Assembly: GCA_034722055.1 (NCBI GenBank)
Contig: JAYENL010000211.1
Coordinates: forward strand, 1-28,759
Reading direction: 5' to 3'
Source of the DNA: Armatimonadota bacterium
GTDB lineage: Bacteria > Armatimonadota > Zipacnadia > Zipacnadales > UBA5352
DNA length: 28,759 nt
Position 1 is the first letter of the stretch. Every line of letters begins with the position of its first letter. The notes under the pieces are model-generated. The model made no database searches. It was not told the DNA's origin and saw only the letters and a list, made by a program, of their open reading frames with translations. Both the position numbers and the translations under genes were made by a program. This document shows positions 8,775-18,025 of the stretch, in pieces.

Positions 8775-9851
8775 ATGGGTCAGAAAGTACATCCGTACGG
8801 ATTCCGTCTGGGGATCATCCGCGACACCAAGAGCAAGTGGTTCGCGCGGGGCCGGGAGTACCGCGACCAACTGGTCGAGGACCTGCAGGCCCGCAAGCTG
8901 ATCCACGAGCGGCATCACCACGCCGGCATCTCTGACATCCTCATCGAGCGGGCGGCGGGGATCATAACCATAACCATCGAGTCCGCCAAGCCGGGCATCA
9001 TCATTGGCCGCGGGGGCGCGGACGTGGACCGGCTGCGCCGCGACCTGGATGAGATCATGAGCGGGCGGGTGCGGGTCAACGTGGAGGAGACCAAGAATCC
9101 CGAGGTCAACGCCCAGCTCATCGCCGAGGAGATCGCCAGCCAGATCGAGCGCCGGGCTTCGATCCGCCGGGCCATGAGCCAGGCCATCGACAGGGCGGTG
9201 CGGTCGGGGGTTGACGGCATCCGCGTGGCGGTCTCCGGCCGGTTGATGGGCGCGGAGATCGCGCGCACCGAGCGGATGGGGCCAGTGGGCAGCGTGCCCC
9301 TGCACACCCTCCGGGCGGACGTGGCGAAGGGCTTCTCCGAGGCCGTGACGGGATACGGGCACATCGGCGTGCAGGTCTACGTGTGCAACGGAGAGGTCCT
9401 GCCTTCGCCACCCAGCCCGCCCGAGGGCCAGCGCGAGCAGCTTGAGGCCGAGGCCGAGGCTGAGGAGGCTGCGGCGGAGGCCGAAGAGGCCGCACCGGAG
9501 GCTGAGGAGGCCGCACCCGAGGCCGAAGAGGTCGCCGAGGAGCCCGAGGAGGCCGCCGCGGAGGTGGAGGGGGTCGCTGCCGAGGAGGGCGCCGACGTCG
9601 CCGCCCAGGAGGCTGTCGAGGAGCCGGAGGCCGAGCCCGAAGAGGCTGCGGAGATCGATGAGCTGCTGGCCGAGACGGAGGGCGAGGGGGCCACGACCGT
9701 CTCGGCCTCCACCGACCAGGGGGCGCCCACGGCGGACGAGCCGGCCCCGGAATCGGCCCAGGAGGTCTCGGAGCCCGAAGAGGCGCCCGAGGCGGAGGAG
9801 TCGGAGACCGACACAGACGCCGAGGAGGATGCCGGCGATGCTGATGCCTAA
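8775..9851 (+). CDS. rpsC: 30S ribosomal protein S3 with long acidic C-terminal extension
   Basis: [42 protein letters not shown]; about 145-aa Glu/Ala/Pro tail. Confidence 0.98.
   Translation: MGQKVHPYGFRLGIIRDTKSKWFARGREYRDQLVEDLQARKLIHERHHHAGISDILIERAAGIITITIESAKPGIIIGRGGADVDRLRRDLDEIMSGRVRVNVEETKNPEVNAQLIAEEIASQIERRASIRRAMSQAIDRAVRSGVDGIRVAVSGRLMGAEIARTERMGPVGSVPLHTLRADVAKGFSEAVTGYGHIGVQVYVCNGEVLPSPPSPPEGQREQLEAEAEAEEAAAEAEEAAPEAEEAAPEAEEVAEEPEEAAAEVEGVAAEEGADVAAQEAVEEPEAEPEEAAEIDELLAETEGEGATTVSASTDQGAPTADEPAPESAQEVSEPEEAPEAEESETDTDAEEDAGDADA
9456..9581 (+). repeat. Degenerate 21-nt tandem repeat (5-6 units, EAEEAAP-like) in rpsC
   Basis: Units such as GAGGCCGAAGAGGCCGCACCG and GAGGCTGAGGAGGCCGCACCC start at 9456, 9477, 9498, 9519, 9540 and 9561. 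Confidence 0.8.
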
Positions 9852-10254
9852 GCGACAGAAGTTCCGCAAGCAGCAGCGGGGGCGGATGAAGGGTAAGGCC
9901 TACCGCGGCTGCCACGTTGACTTCGGCGACTACGGCCTGCAGGCGCTGGAGCCGGGCTGGATCACGTCGCGGCAGATCGAGGCCGCCCGCGTGGCCATGA
10001 CGCGCCGGGCGCAGCGGGGCGGGAAGGTCTGGATCCGCATCTTCCCCGACAAGCCGGTCACCAGGCGGGGCCAGGAGATGCCCATGGGCAAGGGCAAGGG
10101 CGCCCCGGAGTACTACGTGGCGGTGGTCAAGCCCGGGCGAGTGATGTTCGAGATGGCCGGAGTGGAGCCTGAGGTGGCCCGCGAGGCCATGCGGCTGGCC
10201 TCGCACAAGCTGCCCATCAAGACGCAGTTCGTGACCCGGGAGGGCAAACAGTAA
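9838..10254 (+). CDS. rplP: 50S ribosomal protein L16
   Basis: [43 protein letters not shown]. Confidence 0.99.
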   Translation: MLMPKRQKFRKQQRGRMKGKAYRGCHVDFGDYGLQALEPGWITSRQIEAARVAMTRRAQRGGKVWIRIFPDKPVTRRGQEMPMGKGKGAPEYYVAVVKPGRVMFEMAGVEPEVAREAMRLASHKLPIKTQFVTREGKQ

Positions 10255-10493
10255 TGCTGCTGCCTGATGACGCCGACACCACCAGGGAGTTCATTGACGC
10301 CCTCCGGGAGTCCACGGTGCAGGAGCTGACGGAGGCCCGGGCTCAGGTGCAGGAGAGCCTCCAGAACCTGCGCTTCCGGACGGCATCGGGGCAGATCGAC
10401 GACCCCAAGCGCATCCGCAAGTACCGCAAGGCCATCGCGCGCATCAACACCATCCTGCGGGAGCGCGAGCTGGGCATCAACCAGGGCCGCTGA
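10254..10493 (+). CDS. rpmC: 50S ribosomal protein L29
   Basis: [12 protein letters not shown]...[13 protein letters not shown]; position between rplP and rpsQ. Confidence 0.95.
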   Translation: MLLPDDADTTREFIDALRESTVQELTEARAQVQESLQNLRFRTASGQIDDPKRIRKYRKAIARINTILRERELGINQGR

Positions 10494-10513
10494 GGCAAAG
10501 CGAGGCAGGGATC

Positions 10514-10774
10514 ATGAGCGAGCGCACAGTGACCAGGCCGATCCGCGAGGGCGTCGTGGTCAGCGACAAGATGGACAAGACTGTGGTGGTGCAGGTGGAG
10601 CGCACCACCCGCCACCCGCTGTATGAGAAGGTGCTGCGGCGCAACACCAAGTTCAAGGCCCACGATGAGACCAACGAGTGCCGGACCGGGGACGTGGTGC
10701 GGATCATGGAGTGCCGGCCACTGTCGAAGACGAAGGCCTGGCGGGTCGTGGAGATCCTGCGCCGGGCCCGGTAG
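10514..10774 (+). CDS. rpsQ: 30S ribosomal protein S17
   Basis: [35 protein letters not shown]. Confidence 0.99.
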   Translation: MSERTVTRPIREGVVVSDKMDKTVVVQVERTTRHPLYEKVLRRNTKFKAHDETNECRTGDVVRIMECRPLSKTKAWRVVEILRRAR

Positions 10775-10832
10775 CGCACTGCCCCGGCCGGGTGGGGGCA
10801 GGCCGTGACGAGCACATCGGGAGGAACGCCAA

Positions 10833-12902
10833 GTGAGCTGGGAACCCAAGGATCTGCGCAACATCGCCCTGGTGGGACACCGGGGCGTGGGCAAGACCTC
10901 GCTGTGCGAGGCCATGCTGCACGCCGCCGGGGTGACCGAGCAGCTCGGCTCGGTGGAAGAGGGCACTGCCGTGGCGGACTTCGAACAGCAGGAGCGAGAG
11001 CGGCAGATATCGATCTCCCCTGCGCTGTGCCACCTGGAGCACCGGGGGGCGAAGATCAACATCATCGACTGCCCCGGCTACTCGGAGTTCTACGTGGACG
11101 CGCTCTACGGACTGTGGGCGGTGGAGAACGCGCTGCTGACGGTGGACGCGGTGGCGGGGGTCGAGGTGCACACCATCAAGATGTACGAGGCGGCGCGGGA
11201 GATGGGGGTGCGCGTGATCGGGGTGGTCAACAAGCTGGACGTGGAGCGCGCCGACCTCGATGGCGCCGTGGCAAGCATGAACGAGAGCCTGCCCGACTGC
11301 GAGGCCGTGGCGGTGCAGATTCCCATCGGTCAGGGCGCGGACTTCCAGGGCATCGTGGACCTTCTGTCCATGACCGCCTACATGAGCTCGGGTGAGAGGG
11401 CGGAGGTCCCTGCTGAGATGGCCGACGAGGTGGAGATGGCCCGGGAGCTGCTCATCGACTCCGTGGCGGCCAGCGACGACGACCTGACCATGCAGTACCT
11501 GGAGGAGGGCACGCTCACCGAGGAGGAGCTGATCGGCGGGCTGGAGAGCGCCGTCCGCGAGGGCCTGCTGGTGCCGGTGCTGTGCGCCTCGGCCACCGGT
11601 GAGACGGGCATCACGCCGCTGTTGGACTTTGTGGCCGACGCCGCCGTCTCGCCGGCCGACGCCGCCCCCCGGGTGGCGATGAAGGGCGAGGAGGAGGTCG
11701 AGCTGTCGGCCGACCCGGATGGCCCTCTGGCCATCATGGTCTTCAAGACCCTCACCGACCCCTACGTGGGTCGGGTGAGCCTGCTGCGAGTGGTATCCGG
11801 CAGGGCGAAGGCCGATGGGGACGTCTACAACACCACCTCGGGCGAGCGGGAGCGGCTCTCGTCGCTGGGGGCGGCGCAGGCTCGGGAGACCGAGGACGTC
11901 GATGAGCTGGTGGCCGGCGACATGGGGGCGGCGGTGCGCCTGGAGGAGACGGCCACCGGCGACACGCTCGCCGGGCAGGGCAGCGAGGTGCAGATACCGC
12001 GTCCGGTGACCCCGGAGCCGATGTACGCCGTGGCCGTGACCGCCGCCTCTCGCGCGGACGCCGACAAGCTCTCCGATGCGCTGGGGCGGCTGACCGCGGA
12101 GGACATGGGGCTGCAGTACGAGCGGAACCTGGAGACCGGGGAGCTGCTCGTGAAGGGCCTCGGACCGATGCACCTGGACGTCGCGGTGGGCAAGCTGCGC
12201 AACCAGTACGATGTGGACGTGAGCATGAGCGAGCCGCGCGTGGCCTACCGGGAGACGGTGAGGCGGGGGGTTCGGGTGCAGGGCCGGCACAAGAAGCAGA
12301 CCGGCGGGCGGGGGCAGTTCGCGGACGTGTCGATCCGCGTGGAGCCGATGCAGCGGGGCGAGGGCTTCGAGTTCGTGGACGAGATCAGGGGCGGGTCGGT
12401 GCCCACACAGTACATCCCGGCGGTGGAGAAGGGCGTCGTCAAGCAGATGGAGCGGGGCTACCTGGCCGGCTACCCCATCGTGGACATTCGCGTGACTCTC
12501 GAGGATGGGAGCTCGCACCCGGTGGACTCGTCGGACATCGCCTTCCAGACGGCGGCCGGCATGGCGCTGCGCAGCGCCATGGAGCAGGCGGAGCCGGTGC
12601 TGCTGGAGCCGATCATGAACGTGACCGTCACCGGCCCGGAGGACGTCATGGGCGACATCATGAGCGACCTCAACGCCAAGCGGGGCCGGATCCTGGGCAC
12701 CGACCAGGCGGGGTCGCTGCAGGTGATCAAGGCCCAGGTGCCCCAGAGCGAGATGATGCGCTACGCCGCGGACCTGCGCTCCATCTCCCAGGGCCGGGCC
12801 AGCTACGAGATGGAGTTCTCGCACTACGAGGAGCTGCCCTCGCACCTGGCCGAGCAGGTCATCGCTGAGGCCAAGCAGCGCGAGGAGAGCGACGAAGAGT
12901 AA
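10833..12902 (+). CDS. fusA2: Elongation factor G paralog (EF-G II type)
   Basis: Full five-domain EF-G layout: [53 protein letters not shown] start after GGGAGG. Confidence 0.95.
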   Translation: MSWEPKDLRNIALVGHRGVGKTSLCEAMLHAAGVTEQLGSVEEGTAVADFEQQERERQISISPALCHLEHRGAKINIIDCPGYSEFYVDALYGLWAVENALLTVDAVAGVEVHTIKMYEAAREMGVRVIGVVNKLDVERADLDGAVASMNESLPDCEAVAVQIPIGQGADFQGIVDLLSMTAYMSSGERAEVPAEMADEVEMARELLIDSVAASDDDLTMQYLEEGTLTEEELIGGLESAVREGLLVPVLCASATGETGITPLLDFVADAAVSPADAAPRVAMKGEEEVELSADPDGPLAIMVFKTLTDPYVGRVSLLRVVSGRAKADGDVYNTTSGERERLSSLGAAQARETEDVDELVAGDMGAAVRLEETATGDTLAGQGSEVQIPRPVTPEPMYAVAVTAASRADADKLSDALGRLTAEDMGLQYERNLETGELLVKGLGPMHLDVAVGKLRNQYDVDVSMSEPRVAYRETVRRGVRVQGRHKKQTGGRGQFADVSIRVEPMQRGEGFEFVDEIRGGSVPTQYIPAVEKGVVKQMERGYLAGYPIVDIRVTLEDGSSHPVDSSDIAFQTAAGMALRSAMEQAEPVLLEPIMNVTVTGPEDVMGDIMSDLNAKRGRILGTDQAGSLQVIKAQVPQSEMMRYAADLRSISQGRASYEMEFSHYEELPSHLAEQVIAEAKQREESDEE

Positions 12903-12949
12903 GGCCGGGGACACCGAAGGTCCGGCCAGGACAGAGGCAGGGAGGCGGC

Positions 12950-13318
12950 ATGATTCAGACTACAACCCGGCTGAGGGTGGCCGACAACTCGGGCGTCAGA
13001 GAGCTGTTCTGCATCCGCGTGATGGGCAAGAGTGGGTCGCCATATGCGTCGCTGGGCGATGAGATCATCTGCTCGACGAAGGCGGTCACCCCCCAGAGCC
13101 CGATTCCGGCGGGGGAGGTGGTGCGGGCGGTGGTGGTGCGCTGCCGGGACCGGGTGCAGCGCCCGGACGGCACCACCATCAGCTTTGACGACAACGCCGC
13201 CGTGATCGTGGATCAGCACAAGAACCCTCAGTGCACCAGGGTCTTCGGGCCGGTGGCGCGGGAGCTGCGCGATCGGGAGTACATGCGCATCGTGTCCCTG
13301 GCCCCGGAGGTCATCTGA
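12950..13318 (+). CDS. rplN: 50S ribosomal protein L14
   Basis: [42 protein letters not shown]. Confidence 0.99.
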   Translation: MIQTTTRLRVADNSGVRELFCIRVMGKSGSPYASLGDEIICSTKAVTPQSPIPAGEVVRAVVVRCRDRVQRPDGTTISFDDNAAVIVDQHKNPQCTRVFGPVARELRDREYMRIVSLAPEVI

Positions 13319-13338
13319 GGGACACCGAGGTGTGTGAG

Positions 13339-13701
13339 ATGAGCAGAGACATACGGACCAAGCAGAAGATGCGGATCAAGGTCGGCGACACGGTGGAGGT
13401 CATCGCCGGCAAGGATCGCTCCCTGCCCGGGCGCAGGCGGCGGGGGAAGGTCATCGACGTTGACCCGCGGGCGAACCGCGTCATCGTTGATGGCATCAAC
13501 GTCGTCAAGAAGGCCGTCCGCGAGACCCAGCGTGTGCGGCAGGGGGGGATCGTGGAGACGCCGGCGCCGATCGACGCCTCCAACGTCATGCTGGTGTGCA
13601 CCTCGTGCGAGGAGCGCACGCGGGTGGGCAAGCGGGTGGCGGAGGACGGGACGAAGGTCCGCGTGTGCAAGAAGTGCGGGGCGGATATCGAGTACGAGTA
13701 A
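13339..13701 (+). CDS. rplX: 50S ribosomal protein L24
   Basis: KOW motif IKVGDTVEVIAGKD, VDGINVVKK, APIDASNV; two CxxC pairs. Confidence 0.98.
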   Translation: MSRDIRTKQKMRIKVGDTVEVIAGKDRSLPGRRRRGKVIDVDPRANRVIVDGINVVKKAVRETQRVRQGGIVETPAPIDASNVMLVCTSCEERTRVGKRVAEDGTKVRVCKKCGADIEYE

Positions 13702-13743
13702 GGCAGTGACCGGGCGGCGCGACCGCCGGAATCGGTGAGAGTC

Positions 13744-14319
13744 ATGGCTGAGACAGCAGAGGCGACACAGACCGTAAAGCCGCGGCTGAAGGTGCGCTTC
13801 GAGGAGGAGATCCTCCCGGCGCTGATGGAGCGCTTCAGCTACACGAACGTGCTGGAGGTGCCGCGGCTGCGGAAGGTATGCGTGAACATGTCGGTGCCGG
13901 AGGCGGACACCGACATCGAGAAGCTGGACGCGGCGCGGCAGGAGCTGGCCCTGATCGTGGGCCAGGCCCCGGCGGTGACGCGGGCCCGCAGGTCGATCTC
14001 GAACTTCGGGATCCGCAAGGGCCAGCCCATCGGCCTGCGCGTGACGCTGCGGGGCGCTCGCATGTGGGAGTTCGTGGACCGGCTGCTGAACGTGGCGCTG
14101 CCCCGCATCCGTGACTTCCGGGGGCTGTCGCCGGATGCCTTCGACGGCCGGGGCAACTACTCCCTGGGCATCGGCGATGAGCTGGTCTTTCCGGAGCTGA
14201 GCTACGACGACGTGGAGACGTCCAAGGGCATAGACATCACGATCGTGACGACCGCGGAGAGCGATGAGGAGGCCCGGGAGCTGCTGACGGCGCTGGGCCT
14301 GCCTCTGGCGCGCAGCTAG
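13744..14319 (+). CDS. rplE: 50S ribosomal protein L5
   Basis: [35 protein letters not shown]. Confidence 0.99.
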   Translation: MAETAEATQTVKPRLKVRFEEEILPALMERFSYTNVLEVPRLRKVCVNMSVPEADTDIEKLDAARQELALIVGQAPAVTRARRSISNFGIRKGQPIGLRVTLRGARMWEFVDRLLNVALPRIRDFRGLSPDAFDGRGNYSLGIGDELVFPELSYDDVETSKGIDITIVTTAESDEEARELLTALGLPLARS

Positions 14320-14343
14320 GCGAGAGGACGGGAGGTACGTGTA

Positions 14344-14529
14344 ATGGCGAAGACGTCGTGGATCGTTGACGCGAAGCGCGAGCACAAGTTCAGCACCCGC
14401 GACTACAATCGGTGCGAGCTGTGCGGCAGGCGACGCGGCTACATGCGCAAGTTCGGCATCTGCCGCATCTGCTTCCGGGAGAACGCCCTGGCGGGCAACA
14501 TCCCCGGGGTGCGGAAGGCGAGCTGGTAG
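14344..14529 (+). CDS. rpsN: 30S ribosomal protein S14, short zinc-binding (type Z) form
   Basis: 61 aa, RCELCGR...[16 protein letters not shown]. Confidence 0.98.
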   Translation: MAKTSWIVDAKREHKFSTRDYNRCELCGRRRGYMRKFGICRICFRENALAGNIPGVRKASW

Positions 14530-14628
14530 TCGGGTCCGCCGACCCCGCCGGTCGGACGAGGCCACGCCTGCACGTTCGGTCCCGAGATGGAGGGCGGTCG
14601 CGGTCGTGGCGGCCGCAGGAGGAGAGCA

Positions 14629-15024
14629 ATGGCTGCTCTGACAGACCCAATCGCAGATATGTTGACTCGCGTGCGCAACGCGGCGCTGGCACGACACCTG
14701 GACGTGGACGTGCCGGTCTCGAAGATGCACCTGGAGATCGCCAAGATTCTGCACCGCGAGGGCTATGTGCGCGGCTACCAGCTCATCAATCGCGGCCGCA
14801 CGGTCCGCATCAGGCTGCGCTACGATGAGCACCGGGAGCCGGTGATTCAGGGCCTGAAGCGGATCAGCAAGCCCGGGCGCCGGGTCTACGCCGGCAAGAA
14901 CGACCTGCCGCGCGTGCTGGGCGGTCTGGGTATCGGCATCGTCAGCACCAGCCAGGGCGTGATGACCGACCGCGATGCCCGCAAGCGCGGGCTGGGCGGG
15001 GAGGTCATCGGCGAGGTCTGGTAG
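14629..15024 (+). CDS. rpsH: 30S ribosomal protein S8
   Basis: [40 protein letters not shown]. Confidence 0.99.
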   Translation: MAALTDPIADMLTRVRNAALARHLDVDVPVSKMHLEIAKILHREGYVRGYQLINRGRTVRIRLRYDEHREPVIQGLKRISKPGRRVYAGKNDLPRVLGGLGIGIVSTSQGVMTDRDARKRGLGGEVIGEVW

Positions 15025-15049
15025 CGCGCGGAGACTGGGAGAGCTGATC

Positions 15050-15604
15050 ATGTCCAGAATCGGCAACATGCCCATCGAGATACCCGGCGGCGTGAAGGTT
15101 GACATCGACGACGGCAACGTCGTCACGGTCAGCGGGCCCAAGGGTGAGCTCACCCAGGGGCTGAGCCGCCGTATGCAGATCGACGTGGAGGACGACGTCA
15201 TTACCGTCAGTCGGCCCAGCGACGACCGCCAGGACCGGTCCCTGCACGGGCTGACCCGGGCGCTCTTGGCGAATATGGTTGAGGGCGTGACCGAGGGCTT
15301 CGAGAAGCGCCTGGAGATTCAGGGCGTGGGCTACCGAGCGGAGATGCAGGGCAAGCAGCTCATCATGCGCCTGGGCTTCTCGCATCCGGTGGTCATCGAC
15401 CCGCCGGAGGGTGTGGAGCTGGCGGTGGACGACAACACCAAGATCATCGTTCGCGGCGCCGACAAGCAGGTGGTGGGGCAGATCGCGGCCGACATCCGCA
15501 TGAGCCGGCCCGCCGAGCCCTACAAGGGCAAGGGCGTGCGCTACGAGGGCGAGCACATCCGCCGCAAGGCGGGCAAGGCCGCGAAGGTCGGCACGGAGAT
15601 GTAA
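15050..15604 (+). CDS. rplF: 50S ribosomal protein L6
   Basis: [33 protein letters not shown]. Confidence 0.99.
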   Translation: MSRIGNMPIEIPGGVKVDIDDGNVVTVSGPKGELTQGLSRRMQIDVEDDVITVSRPSDDRQDRSLHGLTRALLANMVEGVTEGFEKRLEIQGVGYRAEMQGKQLIMRLGFSHPVVIDPPEGVELAVDDNTKIIVRGADKQVVGQIAADIRMSRPAEPYKGKGVRYEGEHIRRKAGKAAKVGTEM

Positions 15605-15634
15605 CCGGCCCGCCGGCAACACGAGGTGTCATGA

Positions 15635-16006
15635 GTGAAGGCAGAGGTCGATCGCAAGCGACAGAGGCAGAAGCGACACAGGCGAGCGCGCCGCAAGCTG
15701 GAGGGGACTCCCGAGCGGCCGCGGCTGGCCGTCTACGTCAGCCTCCAGCACGTCTACGCCCAGGTCATCGACGACTGGGCCGGTGAGACGCTGCTGGGGG
15801 CGGCCACCGTGGAGGACGAGGTGGCGGGCGAGTGCAGCGGCTCCACCGCCAACACGGAGGCCGCCCGGGTCGTGGGCCGGGTAATCGCCGAGCGGGCGCT
15901 GGATGAGGGCATCGAGCGGGTGTGCTTCGACACCGGCGGCCGGAAGTATCACGGCCGCGTCAAGGCGCTCGCCGACGCCGCCCGCGAGGCGGGGCTGGAC
16001 TTCTGA
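15635..16006 (+). CDS. rplR: 50S ribosomal protein L18
   Basis: [39 protein letters not shown] start. Confidence 0.98.
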   Translation: MKAEVDRKRQRQKRHRRARRKLEGTPERPRLAVYVSLQHVYAQVIDDWAGETLLGAATVEDEVAGECSGSTANTEAARVVGRVIAERALDEGIERVCFDTGGRKYHGRVKALADAAREAGLDF

Positions 16007-16016
16007 GGTGCAGGCA

Positions 16017-16217
16017 ATGGCTGACCGGATCACGGTGACGCAGACGCGCAGCACCATCGGGGTCAAGCCCAAGCTGCGCCAGACGCTCCGCGCCCTGGGC
16101 CTGCACGGCATCGGCAGCAGCAACGTGCTTCCCGACAACGGGGCGACGCGGGGCATGATCCGCGCCGTCTCCCATTTGGTTGACTACGAGCCCGGCGACG
16201 GGCAAGAGGACGAGTGA
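16017..16217 (+). CDS. rpmD: 50S ribosomal protein L30
   Basis: [11 protein letters not shown]...TLRALGL...[11 protein letters not shown]. Confidence 0.96.
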   Translation: MADRITVTQTRSTIGVKPKLRQTLRALGLHGIGSSNVLPDNGATRGMIRAVSHLVDYEPGDGQEDE

Positions 16218-16219
16218 CG

Positions 16220-16684
16220 ATGGACCTGAGCGACCTGCGGCCCAATCCGAGGGCAAAGAAAAAGAGGAAGCGAGTGGGGCGGGGCATCTCCGCCGGCCAG
16301 GGCAAGACCGCCGGCCGGGGGGAGAAGGGCCAGAAGCACCGCTCCAAGCTGCCCCCGGGATTCGAGGGCGGTCAGACTCCCCTGTACCGGCGGGTGCCGA
16401 CTCTGCGCGGCGTCTCCAAGGCCGCGCACAACATCGGCATCTTCCGCACCGAGTACGCGGTGGTGAACGTGGGCGCGCTGGCCGAGCGCTTCGAGGCCGA
16501 CGAGGAGGTCACCCCCCAGCGGCTGCTGGAGGTGGGGCTGGTGGGCAAGCTCCTCGACGGCGTGAAGATCCTGGGCGACGGTGAGATCGACAAGCCGCTG
16601 AAGGTCAGCGCGCACGCCTTCAGCGCCTCGGCGCGGGAGAAGATCGAGGCCTCCGGGGGCAGCGTGGAGGTGATCGGCGAATGA
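16220..16684 (+). CDS. rplO: 50S ribosomal protein L15
   Basis: [36 protein letters not shown]; alternative GTG start at 16214. Confidence 0.99.
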   Translation: MDLSDLRPNPRAKKKRKRVGRGISAGQGKTAGRGEKGQKHRSKLPPGFEGGQTPLYRRVPTLRGVSKAAHNIGIFRTEYAVVNVGALAERFEADEEVTPQRLLEVGLVGKLLDGVKILGDGEIDKPLKVSAHAFSASAREKIEASGGSVEVIGE

Positions 16685-18015
16685 GAGAGCGGTTGGCTGC
16701 GCTGGGGCAGGCCATCCGAGTCCCGGACATTCGCAAGCGCATCATCTTCCTGTTCACCATGTTCGCGGTGTACGTGGCCTGCGCACATGTGCCCCTGCCG
16801 GGCATCGACAAGGTCCAGCTGGAGCGGCTGTTCCGCGCCACCGGCGGGCTGGGCGAGATGCTGGACGCCTTCGCCGGGGGGTCGCTCAAGCGCTTCTCGG
16901 TGCTGGCGCTGGGGATCATGCCCTACATCTCGGCCTCCATTATCATGCAGCTTCTGGCCATGGCCATTCCGGCGCTTGAGGAGCTGCAGAAGGAGGGGGA
17001 GTACGGTCGGCGCAAGATCAACGCGTGGACAAAGTACCTGACGGTGGGCGTGGCGACGCTACAGGCTTTCGGCATGATGGCCATGCTTCGCGGCGGCGGC
17101 GCGTTCATGGGCGGCACGGTGCTGATGCTCTACGTGGTGCTCATGATGGTGGGGGGGACGGCGTTCCTGATGTGGATCGCCGACATGATCACCGAGCACG
17201 GCATCGGCCAGGGGGTATCGATCATCATCTTCGCGGGGATCATGACCCGCATGCCCCAGGACGTGGCCCGGACCATCCGACTGTGGCGGAGCGGCAACAT
17301 CACGGCTGCGAATATCGCCTTCCTGGCCATCCTCATGCTGCTTACGGTCTACCTGATCGTGAAGTTCCAGCAGGCGCAGCGGGAGATCCCGGTGCAGTAC
17401 GCCCGGCGAGTGCGGGGGCACCGCGTCTACGGCGGGCAGACCAGTTACCTGCCGCTGCGTGTGAACCAGGCGGGCGTGATGCCCATCATCTTCGCCATCT
17501 CGGTGTCGCTGTTCCCGGGGCAGATCGCGCAGGCCCTGGGGTCGGCGACGGCCACGGCCAGGCTCTCGGAGCTCTTCCACGTCAGCGAGGCGGCCATCAG
17601 CCGAGCCATGTTTGCACTACAGACCTACACAGATCCCAGCGCGAGCCATTTCGCGGCCTTCCTCTACTTCCTGCTGGTCATCCTGTTCACGTACTTCTAC
17701 ACCGCGGTGACCTTCAACCCCGAGCAGATCGCTGAGAACCTGCAGAAGTCCGGCGGTGCCGTGCCGGGCATTCGCCCCGGCTCCAGCACCCGGGACTACC
17801 TGGACCGGATCCTCTACCGGATCACGCTGGCGGGGGCGCTGTTTCTGGGCGTTATCGCGCTGATGCAATACTACGTGGGGGACATCACGGGCGTCACCAC
17901 CTTCACGCTGGTCGGTGGCACGTCGCTGCTCATTGTTGTTGGCGTCGCACTGGACACCATGCAGCAGATTGAGGCGCAGCTTCTGATGCGCCACTACAGC
18001 GGCTTCCTCAAGTAA
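16681..18015 (+). CDS. secY: Preprotein translocase subunit SecY
   Basis: [57 protein letters not shown]. Confidence 0.99.
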   Translation: MRERLAALGQAIRVPDIRKRIIFLFTMFAVYVACAHVPLPGIDKVQLERLFRATGGLGEMLDAFAGGSLKRFSVLALGIMPYISASIIMQLLAMAIPALEELQKEGEYGRRKINAWTKYLTVGVATLQAFGMMAMLRGGGAFMGGTVLMLYVVLMMVGGTAFLMWIADMITEHGIGQGVSIIIFAGIMTRMPQDVARTIRLWRSGNITAANIAFLAILMLLTVYLIVKFQQAQREIPVQYARRVRGHRVYGGQTSYLPLRVNQAGVMPIIFAISVSLFPGQIAQALGSATATARLSELFHVSEAAISRAMFALQTYTDPSASHFAAFLYFLLVILFTYFYTAVTFNPEQIAENLQKSGGAVPGIRPGSSTRDYLDRILYRITLAGALFLGVIALMQYYVGDITGVTTFTLVGGTSLLIVVGVALDTMQQIEAQLLMRHYSGFLK

Positions 18016-18025
18016 GGGGCGAGCT

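Noticed and set aside
9456..9581. Repeats as a CRISPR-like array
   Set aside because: Contiguous in-frame degenerate coding repeats without spacers; no cas genes.
9442..9837. Arg/Pro-rich N-terminal extension of L16 in the ORF track
   Set aside because: Alternative-frame reading of the rpsC acidic tail; the canonical MLMPKR start at 9838 has a good SD.
10704..12914. 736-aa minus-strand ORF, and similar long antisense ORFs (13228-15201, 24886-26631, 22895-24337, 2835-4151, 21657-22961)
   Set aside because: Shadows of GC3-rich plus-strand genes; no recognisable domains, and they overlap well-identified genes.
10779..12927. EF-G II as cargo of a mobile element or as a TetM/TetO ribosomal protection protein
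   Set aside because: Only short GC hairpins flank it, with no transposase, terminal repeats or compositional shift; domain IV keeps EF-G-type KQTGGRGQF and HPVDSS rather than TetM-type loops.
15631..15640. Out-of-frame ATG before rplR suggesting a frameshift
   Set aside because: GTG 15635 is well spaced from GAGGTG and gives a full-length L18; ATG 15631 is only 2 nt from the SD.
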